Position numbers and translations under genes: made by a program. A stretch of 32,770 nucleotides of DNA from Clostridiaceae bacterium (lineage in GTDB: Bacteria; Bacillota; Clostridia; Oscillospirales; Acutalibacteraceae), in contig JAEDHZ010000001.1 in the NCBI GenBank assembly GCA_016292705.1, positions 1-32,770 of the forward strand, read 5' to 3'. Shown in pieces: positions 25,627 through 32,770 of this stretch (its first letter is position 1; every line of letters starts with the position of its first letter). Under the pieces are notes generated by a model. That model searched no databases. It was not told where the DNA came from and saw nothing but the letters and a program-made list of their open reading frames with translations.

Positions 25627-26025
25627 AAAAACAATAACCGATCAACCGTCCGAGCTTCAAAGCAACAAAAAAACAAGTAAAATAAAAAAAGAACATTCAG
25701 GCTGAACAAATTATAATTACCGACGAAAAAATCTTGCAGCCGGAAGAAAACTAAAAACAACATAAAAGCTTTGAAACAGCCTCAACGGAAGATCAACATA
25801 GATTATCAGAAATCAGTCGACAATTTACTATAGAGAAACCGAAAACAAACAACCGGACGCCCCGAAAAGATGACCGAACCGAAATTCGATTCAGCCCGAG
25901 CATGAAGCTGTTCTCGCTTATGAGAAAAATTTAACACAGTGCAGAAAGCAGAAAACGAGAAGGAACGGCATCGAAAATACAAAGAAAGTGTAGGTTAAAA
26001 AGATGTTAGATACCAAGAATTCACA

Positions 26026-26085
26026 GAAATGACCCTTGACTGCAACAAAAGCCTGTAAAGAAAGGCAGCAGTCAAGGGTCATTTC
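26026..26085. terminator. 18-bp perfect nested hairpin downstream of rarA
   Basis: GAAATGACCCTTGACTGC (26026-26043) pairs with GCAGTCAAGGGTCATTTC (26068-26085). The 24-nt loop has an inner GCCT/AGGC stem. It is probably the rarA terminator, with a weak U-tract on the minus strand. Confidence 0.55.
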
Positions 26086-26106
26086 GCATTTATATCTCGT
26101 TTTTCT

Positions 26107-26132
26107 CCGCCGTAACAGGGCGGTGTTTTTTT
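26107..26132 (+). terminator. Possible plus-strand terminator abutting the rarA stop codon
   Basis: CCGCC-GTAACAG-GGCGG, then TG and T7. The stem is only 5 bp, so this is marginal. Confidence 0.35.
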
Positions 26133-27396
26133 ATTTCTGCCTGATTTTGCTCCAGTACTCCTTTGCGGCCTGTTCGTTTTTGTTTTCACCGTAGGTGTAA
26201 TATGTTTTGTTTTTTATCGCATCAGGGAGATACTGTTGTGGAACATAGTGGTTCGGATAGTCGTGCGGATATTTATAGAACTGCCCCTTGCGTTCGTTGT
26301 CCTCGCCGTCATAGTGCTTGTTCTGGAGAGTACGGGGAATCGGTCCGCTGTTTCCACGGCGGATATCTGCCGCAGCAGCATCATAAGCAAGGTAGGCGGA
26401 GTTTGATTTCGGGCTATTGCAGACCAGCACAACCGCATCAGCAAGAGGAATCCTTGCTTCGGGAAGTCCGACCATGAACGCTGCGTCAACCGCAGCCTTG
26501 ACAATGGGGATAATCATCGGATAGGCAAGTCCGACATCCTCGCAGGCGCAGACCATGAGCCGCCTTGCAGCCGAGGGGAGGTCTCCCGCTTCAAGCAGTC
26601 TTGCAAGATAATGCAATGCTGCGTTCGGATCTGAGCCGCGCATCGACTTCTGGAAAGCTGAAAGAATGTCGTAATGCTCGTCTGCGTCCTTGTCATATTT
26701 CATGGAGCTTTTTTGTGTCAACTCCTCCGCTCTTTCAAGCGTTATGAGGGCTTTTCCGTCCTCAACGGGGGTGCTCAGAACGCAAAGCTCCGCCGCATTC
26801 ATCGCTTTTCTGACATCGCCGCCGCAGGAAAAAGCAATGCGCTTTGAAACGCCGTCTTCTTTTTCAATCGTAATACCCTTTGATTTTTCAAGGAAAGCAA
26901 AAGCCCTTTCAACCGCAGGGATGATTTCCTCGCCCGTAATGCTTTTGAACTCAAAAACCGTTGAGCGGCTGAGAATTGCATTGTGGATATAAAAATACGG
27001 ATTCTCCGTTGTTGAGGCAATGAGGGTGATTGAACCCCGTTCAATATAATCAAGCAGGGTTTGCTGCTGCTTCTTATTGAAATACTGAATCTCGTCAAGA
27101 TAAAGCAGAACTCCGTTCGGCGCTTCAAAGGTGTCAAGGCTTGCAACAATGGCTTTGATGTCGGCGGTTGAGGCAACTGTTCCGTTGAGCTTGCAGAACT
27201 TTCTTTTTGTCCGGCTTGCAATTATTGAGGCGAGTGTGGTTTTTCCGATACCGGAAGGGCCGTAAAAAACAAGGTTCGGAACTTCGCCGCTGTCAATTAT
27301 TCTGCGCAAAGCTTTTCCTTCGGCAAGCAGATGGCGCTGACCGACCATTTCATCAACGGTTTTCGGCCGCAGCTGTTCGGCAAGAGGAACATTCAT
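26131..27396 (-). CDS. rarA: Replication-associated recombination protein A (AAA+ ATPase, MgsA/RarA)
   Basis: Walker A GPSGIGKTTLA, Walker B LLYLDEIQYFNK and the MgsA C-terminal domain. The track start is 27444. AAGGAG lies 10 nt before the in-frame ATG at 27396 (MNVPLAEQLRP...), which matches the canonical N-terminus. Confidence 0.92.
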   Translation of the reverse strand: MNVPLAEQLRPKTVDEMVGQRHLLAEGKALRRIIDSGEVPNLVFYGPSGIGKTTLASIIASRTKRKFCKLNGTVASTADIKAIVASLDTFEAPNGVLLYLDEIQYFNKKQQQTLLDYIERGSITLIASTTENPYFYIHNAILSRSTVFEFKSITGEEIIPAVERAFAFLEKSKGITIEKEDGVSKRIAFSCGGDVRKAMNAAELCVLSTPVEDGKALITLERAEELTQKSSMKYDKDADEHYDILSAFQKSMRGSDPNAALHYLARLLEAGDLPSAARRLMVCACEDVGLAYPMIIPIVKAAVDAAFMVGLPEARIPLADAVVLVCNSPKSNSAYLAYDAAAADIRRGNSGPIPRTLQNKHYDGEDNERKGQFYKYPHDYPNHYVPQQYLPDAIKNKTYYTYGENKNEQAAKEYWSKIRQK

Positions 27397-27589
27397 TCTT
27401 TCACCGCTCCTTTTTTCTTTGACTTCGGATAATATTATAGCCACAGAGAATCACTTTTGGTTTACAATTGAGAAAAATAGGCCTTCGATTGCAACACAAG
27501 ACAGTGTAAACCAGAAGCAGTGAATACTGAACCTTATTTTGCAGATAAAGCGATATTTGTAATTATTCCACAAAAAATGACATTAACAT

Positions 27590-27618
27590 TTGACATTTCG
27601 GAATCTCTGTGATATAAT
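27590..27618 (+). promoter_or_regulatory. Consensus sigma-A promoter of the glutamate-synthase-like operon
   Basis: TTGACA (27590-27595), 17 nt, then TGaTATAAT (-10 at 27613-27618). A TGACATT direct repeat overlaps the -35. Confidence 0.7.
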
Positions 27619-27632
27619 CCGAAACATAAGTG

Positions 27633-27693
27633 AGCAAAGGCGTTCATTCATAGAAGGGTAAAACCCTTTTGGAATGGACGCCTTTGCTTTTTT
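27633..27693 (+). terminator. Leader terminator/attenuator hairpin
   Basis: AGCAAAGGCGTTCATTC (27633-27649) pairs with GAATGGACGCCTTTGCT (27672-27688), giving 17 bp with one G.U. It has an inner AAGGGT/ACCCTT stem and is followed by TTTTT. It lies between the promoter and the first gene. Confidence 0.65.
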
Positions 27694-27765
27694 CATTGAG
27701 CAGCAAAGGCATTTTGCTTTTTGGGACTGCTCGTTCAAAATTTTTTGAGAAAGGGCGAACAGAAA

Positions 27766-28857
27766 ATGAAACTGGAGGGCGAAATCAGAATACCGTCCGG
27801 CTGTGCAATTGCGGCGGTCATTTCAAGAGACGGAAAAAGAATGACAGGTGATTCTGTGATAAAAGGAATTGCAACCATGCACGACCGTTCAAACGGCCTT
27901 GGCGGCGGCTTTGCCGGCTACGGAATCTACCCCCAATACAAGGATTTTTATGCGTTTCACATTTTTTATAACGACAACGAGGCAAAGGAAAAGTGCGAAC
28001 GCTTCCTCAAGGACAGCTTTGAAATTGTTAAAGCGGAGAACATCCCGATAAGGAAGATTCCGGAAATTACCGATGTTCCGATAATCCGCAGATACTTTGT
28101 TACTCCGTTTGCCTCCGTGCTTTCAAGGCTTCAGCTTGACGAAAAGGAATATGTTGCACGGACAGTCATGCGCATTAACACAAGTCTTCCCGGTTGCTAT
28201 GTTTTTTCAAGTGGAAAAAACATGGGCGTTTTCAAAGCTGTCGGTTATCCGGAGGATGTCGGACGCTTTTACCGACTTGATGAATATGAGGCTTACTGCT
28301 GGACGGCGCACGGAAGATATCCGACAAACACTCCCGGCTGGTGGGGCGGCGCACACCCGTTTGCTCTGCTGGATTACTCCGTGGTTCACAACGGTGAAAT
28401 TTCCTCCTATGACGCAAACCGCCGGTTTATTGAGATGTTCGGCTATAAATGTACACTTCAGACCGATACCGAGGTCATAACCTATATTGCAGATTATCTC
28501 ATCAGACGGCAGGGACTCACTCTTGAGGAAACCGCCTGCGTCATTGCTGCTCCGTTCTGGAGCACCATTGAAAGCAAGGACGAAGAAACAAAAAGGAAGC
28601 TTTCATATCTGCGAACAATGTTTTCCGGCTTCCTCATCACCGGACCGTTCTCAATCATTCTCGGCTTCAACGGCGGAATGATGGCGCTCAATGACAGGCT
28701 CAAGCTGCGCTCAATGGTTGTTGGCGAAAAGGACGACAAGGTTTTTGTTGCAAGTGAGGAAGCGGCAATCCGTGCCATGGAACCGGACGCTGCAAACATC
28801 TATGCTCCGATGGGCGGAGAGCCCGTTATCGTAAAGGTCAAGGAGGGTATGTACTAA
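27766..28857 (+). CDS. Class II (Ntn) glutamine amidotransferase, GltB domain-1-like subunit
   Basis: HGRYPTNTPGWWGGAHPF and VHNGEISSY motifs. The putative nucleophile Cys is at ...IPSG-C-AIAAV, after a 12-aa propeptide. The track start 27721 is a TTG. I prefer ATG 27766 (MKLEGEIRIP...). Confidence 0.85.
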   Translation: MKLEGEIRIPSGCAIAAVISRDGKRMTGDSVIKGIATMHDRSNGLGGGFAGYGIYPQYKDFYAFHIFYNDNEAKEKCERFLKDSFEIVKAENIPIRKIPEITDVPIIRRYFVTPFASVLSRLQLDEKEYVARTVMRINTSLPGCYVFSSGKNMGVFKAVGYPEDVGRFYRLDEYEAYCWTAHGRYPTNTPGWWGGAHPFALLDYSVVHNGEISSYDANRRFIEMFGYKCTLQTDTEVITYIADYLIRRQGLTLEETACVIAAPFWSTIESKDEETKRKLSYLRTMFSGFLITGPFSIILGFNGGMMALNDRLKLRSMVVGEKDDKVFVASEEAAIRAMEPDAANIYAPMGGEPVIVKVKEGMY

Positions 28858-30362
28858 TGGGTATTTCATATATTTTTCCCGATTTTGAGGTGGCTCGGAA
28901 TTATGACCGTTGCATTGCCTGCCGTGTCTGCGAACGACAATGTGCCAATGAGGTTCACTTTTTTGATTCCGACAGCGGACTCATGATGTGCGACGAGGCA
29001 AAGTGCGTTGACTGCCAGCGCTGCGTTTCCCTTTGTCCGACTCATGCGCTCAGGATTGTTAAAAACGACTGCGCTTTCCGTGAAAATGCCAACTGGCAAA
29101 CGGACACCATCAAGGAAATTTATAAGCAGGCAACGGGTGGCGGCGTTCTACTTTCATCAATGGGAAATCCGAAAAACTTCCCGGTCTATTGGGACAAAAT
29201 TCTCATCAATGCTTCCCAGGTAACTAACCCGCCGATTGATCCGCTGCGTGAGCCGATGGAAACAAGGGTATTCCTCGGGAAAAAGCCGGAGAAAATTGAG
29301 CGGGACGAAAGCGGAAAGCTCAGAACCGAACTTCCGCCGCAGCTTGAACTTTCAATGCCGGTAATGTTTTCCGCAATGAGCTACGGTTCAATAAGTTATA
29401 ACGCCCACGAAAGCCTTGCAAGAGCGGCAAAAAAACTCGGAATACTTTATAACACCGGTGAGGGCGGACTGCACGAGGACTTTTACTGCTACGGCGAAAA
29501 CACAATCGTTCAGGTTGCCTCGGGGCGTTTCGGTGTTCATGAGGAATACCTCAACACCGGAGCAGCAATAGAAATCAAAATGGGACAGGGGGCAAAGCCC
29601 GGAATCGGCGGACACCTTCCCGGCGCAAAAATTGTCGGCGATGTTTCAAAAACACGAATGATTCCCGAGGGTTCAGATGCAATTTCGCCTGCTCCGCACC
29701 ACGATATCTATTCAATTGAAGACCTGCGCCAGCTTGTCTATTCACTCAAGGAGGCAACCGAGTATAAAAAGCCTGTAATCGTCAAGGTTGCCGCCGTTCA
29801 TAACATTGCGGCGATTGCAAGCGGAATTGCACGCAGCGGTGCGGACATTATTGCCATTGACGGCTTCCGCGGAGGAACGGGCGCTGCGCCGACAAGGATA
29901 AGGGATAATGTCGGTATACCAATTGAGCTTGCGCTGGCTGCGGTTGATAAAAGACTGAGAGACGAAGGCATACGCAATACGGTTTCGCTTGTTGTCGGCG
30001 GAAGCATACGCTCTTCCGCAGATGTTGTCAAGGCGATAGCCCTCGGCGCAGATGCGTGCTACATTGCAACAGCCGCCCTGCTTGCGCTCGGCTGTCATCT
30101 TTGCAGAACCTGCCAGACCGGAAAATGCAACTGGGGCATTGCAACCCAGCGTCCGGAGCTTGTCAAAAGACTTAATCCGGAAATCGGAGAACAGCGTCTT
30201 ATCAACCTCATGACCGCATGGCGGCACGAAATCAAGGAGCTGCTCGGCGGAATGGGAATCAACTCAATTGAAGCACTGCGCGGAAACCGACTTATGCTGC
30301 GCGGTGTCAATCTGACGGGAAAGGAGCTTGAGATCCTCGGTATCTCACACGCAGGAGAATGA
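28857..30362 (+). CDS. Glutamate synthase FMN-binding (GltB domain 2-like) subunit with N-terminal 2x[4Fe-4S] ferredoxin domain
   Basis: CIACRVCERQC and CVDCQRCVSLCP; GQGAKPGIGGHLPG; DGFRGGTGAAP; CHLCRTCQTGKCNWGIATQ. The start overlaps the upstream stop (TAATG). Confidence 0.9.
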   Translation: MGISYIFPDFEVARNYDRCIACRVCERQCANEVHFFDSDSGLMMCDEAKCVDCQRCVSLCPTHALRIVKNDCAFRENANWQTDTIKEIYKQATGGGVLLSSMGNPKNFPVYWDKILINASQVTNPPIDPLREPMETRVFLGKKPEKIERDESGKLRTELPPQLELSMPVMFSAMSYGSISYNAHESLARAAKKLGILYNTGEGGLHEDFYCYGENTIVQVASGRFGVHEEYLNTGAAIEIKMGQGAKPGIGGHLPGAKIVGDVSKTRMIPEGSDAISPAPHHDIYSIEDLRQLVYSLKEATEYKKPVIVKVAAVHNIAAIASGIARSGADIIAIDGFRGGTGAAPTRIRDNVGIPIELALAAVDKRLRDEGIRNTVSLVVGGSIRSSADVVKAIALGADACYIATAALLALGCHLCRTCQTGKCNWGIATQRPELVKRLNPEIGEQRLINLMTAWRHEIKELLGGMGINSIEALRGNRLMLRGVNLTGKELEILGISHAGE

Positions 30363-30784
30363 AAAAGGTATTTGTTAAAGAAGAATGGTGCCTCGGTTGT
30401 CACCTTTGCGAATATAACTGTGCTTTTGCAAATTCAGGGCTTGACCGCATGGAAAAGCTCAGGGGTAAAAGCATTTATCCGAGAATCCGGGTTGAAAGCG
30501 GAGAGGATGTCACCTATGCCGTTTCCTGCCGTCACTGCAAGGACTCAATCTGCGTCAAAAGCTGCATTTCGGGTGCGCTTCACTTTGAAGACGGCGCAGT
30601 CTGCATTGATCATGAAAAATGTGTAGGTTGTCTGACATGCGTGCTCGTCTGTCCGTTCGGTGCCGTTGTTCCCGATGAAAACGGTGCAGTTCAGAAGTGT
30701 GAGCTCTGCCTTAAAAATTCCTGCGGCGAACCTGCCTGCGTTACAGGTTGTCCGAACAGGGCAATAGTTTATGAGGAGGGGTGA
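30359..30784 (+). CDS. 4Fe-4S multi-cluster ferredoxin-like protein
   Basis: Four Cys clusters are present: CLGCHLCEYNC, CRHCKDSICVKSC, CVGCLTCVLVCP and CELC...CVTGCP. The start overlaps the upstream stop (ATGA). Confidence 0.85.
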   Translation: MKKVFVKEEWCLGCHLCEYNCAFANSGLDRMEKLRGKSIYPRIRVESGEDVTYAVSCRHCKDSICVKSCISGALHFEDGAVCIDHEKCVGCLTCVLVCPFGAVVPDENGAVQKCELCLKNSCGEPACVTGCPNRAIVYEEG

Positions 30785-30791
30785 CGCAAAG

Positions 30792-32042
30792 ATGAAAAAA
30801 TATCTCATCATCGGAAATTCAACTGCAGCAATCGGTTGCATAGAGGGAATAAGAAGTGCGGATAAAGACGGAGAGATCACCGTTATTTCAAAAGAAGCAC
30901 GCCACACCTACTGCCGTCCGCTGATTTCATACTACCTTGAGGGCAAGTCCGACCTTGAAAGAATCAAATACCGCCCCGACAGCTTCTATGATGAGAACGG
31001 TGTCAAAGTTCTTTTCGGAATTTCAGCAGAAAAAATCGACAGTGAAAAAAAGTCGGTTACACTTGACGACGGCTTTGTTCTTTTCTATGACGAGCTTTGC
31101 ATTGCAGCAGGCTCTTCGCCCTTTGTTCCGCCCGTTGAAGGTTTTGAAAAGGTGGAAAACAAGTTCTGCTTCACAACGCTTGATGATGCTCTTGCGCTTG
31201 AAAAACTTACTGACAAAAACAGCCGTGTTCTGATAATCGGTGCGGGACTCATCGGGCTCAAATGCGCCGAGGGACTTTTTGACCGGGTAAAAAAGATCAC
31301 CGTCTGCGACCTTGCCGACCGTGTGCTTTCAACAATACTTGACAAGGAAAGCTCCTGCATTGTTGAAAAGCGACTTGAGGAAACCGGAATAGAACTTGTG
31401 CTCAACGACTGCGCAGTGCGATATGAAGCGAACAAAGCTTTCATGAAAAGCGGAAAGGAACTTGAATTTGATGTTCTTGTCACTGCAGTCGGTGTCAGGC
31501 CCAACTCAAAGCTTGTTTCGGACGCAGGCGGAAAATGCGGACGGGCAATCTCGGTTGATGAACACATGAAAACCTCTCTCAAAAGTGTTTATGCCGCAGG
31601 CGACTGCACAGAAAGTGTTGATATTTCCGACGGAAGCACAAAGGTTATGGCGCTTTTGCCCAACGCATATATGCAGGGATTCTGCGCCGGAACAAACATG
31701 GCAGGAAAAACGGAAGTTTTTGACAACGCAATACCGATGAATTCAATCGGCTTTTTCGGCGTACACATCATGACCGCCGGAAGCAGACCGGGCAGAGATG
31801 AGGGCGCAGTCATCTATGAAGGAAAGGATGAAAACACGCTCAAAAAGCTCTTTGTTCTCAAAAACAGGCTCGTAGGCTTCATCCTCATCGGAAAAACCGA
31901 GCGTGCCGGCATATATACCGATATGATAAGAAACAAAACGGACATTGATTCCGTAGACTTTGAAAGGCTTCAGAAATGCGCCGATCTTTCAGCTTTTTCA
32001 AAGCAGTGGCGCAAAGAAAAGTTAGGAGGCGTTCTTGAATGA
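30792..32042 (+). CDS. FAD/NAD(P)-dependent pyridine-nucleotide-disulfide-family oxidoreductase
   Basis: KYLIIGNSTAAIG (FAD GxGxxA/G), VLIIGAGLIGLKCAE (NAD(P)) and YAAGDC. GAGGAGGGG lies 10 nt before the ATG at 30792. The track start 30771 lies inside that RBS. Confidence 0.85.
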   Translation: MKKYLIIGNSTAAIGCIEGIRSADKDGEITVISKEARHTYCRPLISYYLEGKSDLERIKYRPDSFYDENGVKVLFGISAEKIDSEKKSVTLDDGFVLFYDELCIAAGSSPFVPPVEGFEKVENKFCFTTLDDALALEKLTDKNSRVLIIGAGLIGLKCAEGLFDRVKKITVCDLADRVLSTILDKESSCIVEKRLEETGIELVLNDCAVRYEANKAFMKSGKELEFDVLVTAVGVRPNSKLVSDAGGKCGRAISVDEHMKTSLKSVYAAGDCTESVDISDGSTKVMALLPNAYMQGFCAGTNMAGKTEVFDNAIPMNSIGFFGVHIMTAGSRPGRDEGAVIYEGKDENTLKKLFVLKNRLVGFILIGKTERAGIYTDMIRNKTDIDSVDFERLQKCADLSAFSKQWRKEKLGGVLE

Positions 32043-32761
32043 CACATATAAATGCAGACGGAGTTTTGTTTTCAAGTCTCAATGAAGCAATCCGCAGCGC
32101 AGACAAGGACTGCTTTGTTGAAAACTGCCTCGGCCAACGCTTCATCGCTTCAGGAATGAAAGATAAAAACATAACAATAGACGGTGTTCCCGGCAATGCC
32201 CTCGGCGCCTATCTCGGAGGCGGAACAATTACCGTTAACGGCAATGCGCAGGACGCAGTGGGCGACACAATGAACAACGGGGAAATTGTTGTTCACGGCA
32301 ACATCGGGGATGCAGCAGGCTATGCAATGCGTGGCGGCGCAATCTACATCCGGGGCAGCGCAGGCTACAGAGCCGGAATACACATGAAGGAGTACAAAGA
32401 AAAAAAGCCCGTAATTGTCATCGGTGAAAGGGCAGGAAGCTTTCTCGGAGAATATCAGGCAGGCGGACTTATAATCGTCCTCGGCCTCCAAAAGGACGGA
32501 AAGCCCACAGTCGGAAACTTTCCCTGCACGGGAATGCACGGCGGAAAAATGATTATCCGAGGTGATGCGGATTCGATAGTTTTTCCGGCTCAGATTACCG
32601 CAAAAAAGGCAGAGGAAAGCGATATGGCAGAAGCTCTCCCGTATATTGAACGGTTCTGCCATCTTTTCGGTTTTGATACTAATGATATGCTTTGCGAACA
32701 GTTCACGGTTATCACTCCGGACAGCAAGAACCCTTATAAGCAGATGTATGTTGCAAATTAG
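32039..32761 (+). CDS. GXGXG-motif protein (GltB C-terminal domain 3-like subunit)
   Basis: Repeated beta-helix turns GNALGAYLGGGTITVNGNAQDAVGDTMNNGEIVVHGNIGDAAGYAMRGGAIYIRGSAGYRAG. The start overlaps the upstream stop (ATGA). Confidence 0.88.
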   Translation: MTHINADGVLFSSLNEAIRSADKDCFVENCLGQRFIASGMKDKNITIDGVPGNALGAYLGGGTITVNGNAQDAVGDTMNNGEIVVHGNIGDAAGYAMRGGAIYIRGSAGYRAGIHMKEYKEKKPVIVIGERAGSFLGEYQAGGLIIVLGLQKDGKPTVGNFPCTGMHGGKMIIRGDADSIVFPAQITAKKAEESDMAEALPYIERFCHLFGFDTNDMLCEQFTVITPDSKNPYKQMYVAN

Positions 32762-32770
32762 ATTTTAGAT

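Noticed and set aside
27557-27575. Possible TnrA/GlnR box (TGTNAN7TNACA) at TTGTAATTATTCCACAA upstream of the glutamate-synthase-like promoter.
   Set aside because: The half-site spacing is 2 nt too short (TGT-N9-ACA instead of TGT-N11-ACA), and the inner A/T positions do not fit.
27640-27686. Resemblance of GCGUUCAUUC...GGAAUGGACGC to the glnA/glutamine riboswitch (CGUUCA...GGAACGC).
   Set aside because: Only the closing-stem letters are similar. That class is known from cyanobacteria and marine metagenomes, acts on translation, and has conserved internal GGAAG/E-loop features that are absent here. The element here is a long regular hairpin with a U-tract.
27619-27700. ANTAR-type antiterminator target (two hairpins with AxxGxx hexaloops) in the nitrogen-operon leader.
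   Set aside because: The only small hairpin (AAGGGT/ACCCTT) has a 3-5 nt A-rich loop. No dual-hexaloop arrangement can be drawn.
27674-27748. A 24-codon leader ORF, MDAFAFFIEQQRHFAFWDCSFKIF, overlapping the leader hairpins. It could be a Gln-codon attenuation peptide.
   Set aside because: There is no usable SD before the ATG. It has only two Gln codons, and the start lies inside the 3' arm of the terminator stem. It is noted as a possibility only within the leader finding.
1-32770. Looked for CRISPR repeats, IS or transposase/integrase genes, tRNA/rRNA/tmRNA, prophage genes and known defence modules.
   Set aside because: No regularly spaced repeats occur beyond the single two-unit tandem at 25489-25565. 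There are no terminal inverted repeats flanking any ORF and no recombinase or nuclease-like ORFs. All intergenic regions over 100 bp were read by eye and none has a tRNA-like cloverleaf or rRNA signatures. A tRNAscan/Infernal run would be needed for certainty.

Overview
This window looks like a core chromosomal segment of an endospore-forming Firmicute of Clostridia type. The evidence is spoIIE, a SpoIID-domain protein, a glgBCDA operon that includes glgD, and GGAGG-type ribosome-binding sites.

Genes in order:
- 5' part of a secreted protein gene on the minus strand, running off the left edge
- nifS-thiI-cinA, then a class B sortase and a large SpoIID-domain membrane protein (+)
- SDR, acyltransferase-3 and NUDIX operon (-)
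- membrane-anchored hypothetical protein (+)
- glgB-glgC-glgD-glgA plus a YhhN-family gene (+)
- an unannotated 40-codon peptide gene (-), divergent from spoIIE (+)
- glpQ, a small secreted protein, a triple Fn3-like protein and nagB (all -)
- a roughly 0.9 kb ORF-poor region
- rarA (-)
- a five-gene split glutamate-synthase-like operon (+) behind a structured leader

I saw no rRNA, tRNA, CRISPR array, transposase, integrase or recognisable defence genes. Most of the window is ordinary housekeeping DNA, and I cannot point to a clear multi-gene novel system.

The parts the annotation does not explain are:
1. The 25.2-26.1 kb non-coding region, which has tandem repeats, a candidate antisense sRNA/ORF pair and extreme A-over-T skew.
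2. Two strongly promoted small proteins that share an aromatic amphipathic motif.
3. An apparently circularly permuted SpoIID domain fused to a large acidic cytoplasmic domain, next to a sortase B with a similar acidic extension.
4. The terminator-containing leader of the glutamate-synthase-like operon.

All family calls come from motifs read by eye. No database search was run.
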